Of a stretch of 64,000 nucleotides of DNA, positions 62,301 to 64,000 are shown one piece after another. Position numbers and translations under genes: made by a program. The notes under the pieces are model-generated. The model did no database searches and was not told where the DNA came from. It saw only the letters and a list, made by a program, of their open reading frames with translations. The stretch comes from Azolla caroliniana (Eukaryota; Plantae; Polypodiophyta), in NCBI GenBank assembly GCA_043228905.1, contig JBHGNT010000014.1, positions 8,556,001 through 8,620,000 on the forward strand. Reading direction: 5' to 3'. Within the stretch, counting starts at the first letter, position 1; each line of letters starts with the position of its first letter.

Positions 62301-64000
62301 CGCGGAATAGCATATCTTCGCTGCCCTGTGTCCTGTAGCCCTTGCTGGCTAGAGAGTACTCACCGAAATATTTGATGAGTTGCTCGGAGGTAGGATTGTC
62401 GATCGTGTAGATACCTCCCTCCGGAAGGCCTATTAACGCACGGATCGCCTCCTCTGTGATCACCTCTGTGTTGATTTCTTTTATAATCTTTTCGGCCTCC
62501 TTGTGTGGCGCTGCCTCCATGATCGTTAAGAAACCCTCCTGACCGTGTTGTCGTAACCATTTCTTGGCGGCTTCAGAGAACGTTTGGCAGTCCATCTCTG
62601 CGTCGAGGTCGGAGAGCGTTGGCGAGGTTTGATGGTGGGGAGAGTGTGAGAGAGAAAGTTCTGAGGGAGGGGGTTCTCTGTGTGCGAGCTCTCTACGATT
62701 TATCTTCACGCGTCGCTCTGTGTCTGTTCTCCTTGGTTCGCGATAGGAGAAGGTCTCGATGCGTGGGGGTTTTTCTCTTTGCATCTTGGCGCCTTCTTCG
62801 AGCCTCCGCATGTGCAGGTCGTGTACTATAATAGCATTGCGTGCCATGTGGCGGTGGTTTAATGTCCTATTCATAGCTCCTCGTACCTTTTCGACGTGCC
62901 TCTTTACTCCTCATGTGCATGGCCGTTTCCACCACTCCTTTCCATGATTTCTTTGATTCGCTCCTTTATTCTCTTTTTCTTTTTCTTTTTTTCTTTTTTT
63001 TTTTATATAACTTACTTGTGTGGTTAGTTTTTCTCCGGTCCTGTCGGACCCTTGCCCGAAGCGTGCAACTTGCCGGCCTCTTGACGGTTTGCCGTCGTTC
63101 TGCTCTCCTCGGTTGCCGGCTCATGCTCCTCCTTACTGGCTTGGTGGTAGCTGTCGTCTTCACCGGTTGCTGTTATGGTTGGCCTGTCGGCGTCTAATTC
63201 GGTGGCGGCCTTTCGTTCAAATGGGTTCTTAGGCATAGGTCCTTTGTATGGTTTTAGTCTAAATCTGTTGACCTATTTGCCCAACACTTCTCCGGCAAGT
63301 GTCCCCAACTGGTAGGACCCATTGAACTCGCGTGTGATCCAATACGGTTCGGTTCATCTAAACCATAGTTTACCTGGCATTTTGCCCATCCGGGTCTGGA
63401 ACACGAGTACTGGCTTGTCGGTTCCGAACATCTTTTCGTTTCCCTTCCAGTGCCGATCTACAAATGCTTTCCGTCTTCGTTGTTCCAATTCCAGGTGCAT
63501 AATGCTCGCCCTTCGGAGTTCTTCTAGTTCGCACAGAGCCTTTAACCGAATTGCCTCCGATTCCTTTTCGTTCAATCGTTCCCGAATCTGAATCCGTAAG
63601 CTTGGTACATGGAACTCGACCTGCATGACTGCCTCCAATCTGAATGCTAACCAGAACGGTGTTGTTCAGATGCTTGTTTTGTACGTTGTTCGGTAAGCCC
63701 AGAGCGCACTGTGCAGCTTCGTATCCCAATATGTCTGATTTTCATTGACGATCTTCCGGAGGATATTCTGGAGCGTTTTGTTCGTCGTCTCAGCTAACCC
63801 ATTTGCTTGCGGATAGTACGGTGTGCTTCGTTTATGTACTACCGCATAGAATGTCGTCAAACTTTCTACCACCTGTCCAAGAAAGTACCCTCCTTGGTCG
63901 CTTATCAGCTCTATGGGGCATCCATACCGGCACTAAATGCATTCGTATAAGAATTTCGCCGTTGACGCCGCGGTGTTGTCTCGTAGGGCTTTCGCTTCCA
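59347..64000 (-). mobile_element. Ty3/Gypsy element, partial (runs off the window): LTR 59347-59812, integrase and a large extra ORF on the minus strand
   Basis: TGTTA...TAACA LTR interrupts the host integrase. Minus-strand integrase RYGCPIELISDQG...STPYYPQANGLAE...ALWAYRT, with pol ending at 63024. Confidence 0.85.
59876..62874 (-). pseudogene. Extra ORF (~900-1000 codons) between integrase and LTR: PMD-like N-terminal region plus long coiled coil
   Basis: ORF-track pieces 61765-62874, 61525-61755 and 60511-61446 share one frame separated by TAG stops; later pieces follow after frameshifts. Motifs ITEEAIRALIGLPEGG and KVDWPVLIADGL. Confidence 0.6.

Overview
Eukaryotic land-plant nuclear DNA, probably a non-seed plant such as a fern (inferred from the retroelement types). 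Three spliced host genes were reconstructed exon by exon: a TOM1/THH1-family membrane protein (+, 3711-14842, 12 exons), the plastid MEP-pathway kinase ISPE/CMK (-, 17049-22338, 11 exons) and the exon-junction-complex factor PYM (-, 44998-49010, 4 exons). The rest is mostly nested transposons. A 19.8-kb Mutator-like element (22722-42560) carries a SWIM transposase and a Ulp1-like protease and has taken up six LTR-derived insertions. The window also holds an apparently intact hAT element (51441-54533), several MITEs and solo LTRs, a LINE fragment and two nested Ty3/Gypsy elements at the right end. Three observations stand out. First, one Gypsy element has a split tRNA-Arg-complementary site where its polypurine tract should be, i.e. 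antisense to all its ORFs. Second, three insertions of one LTR lineage all have 4-bp TSDs centred on CpG. Third, two diverged Copia families share a charged extension after RNase H. All coordinates were read by eye and no database searches were run.
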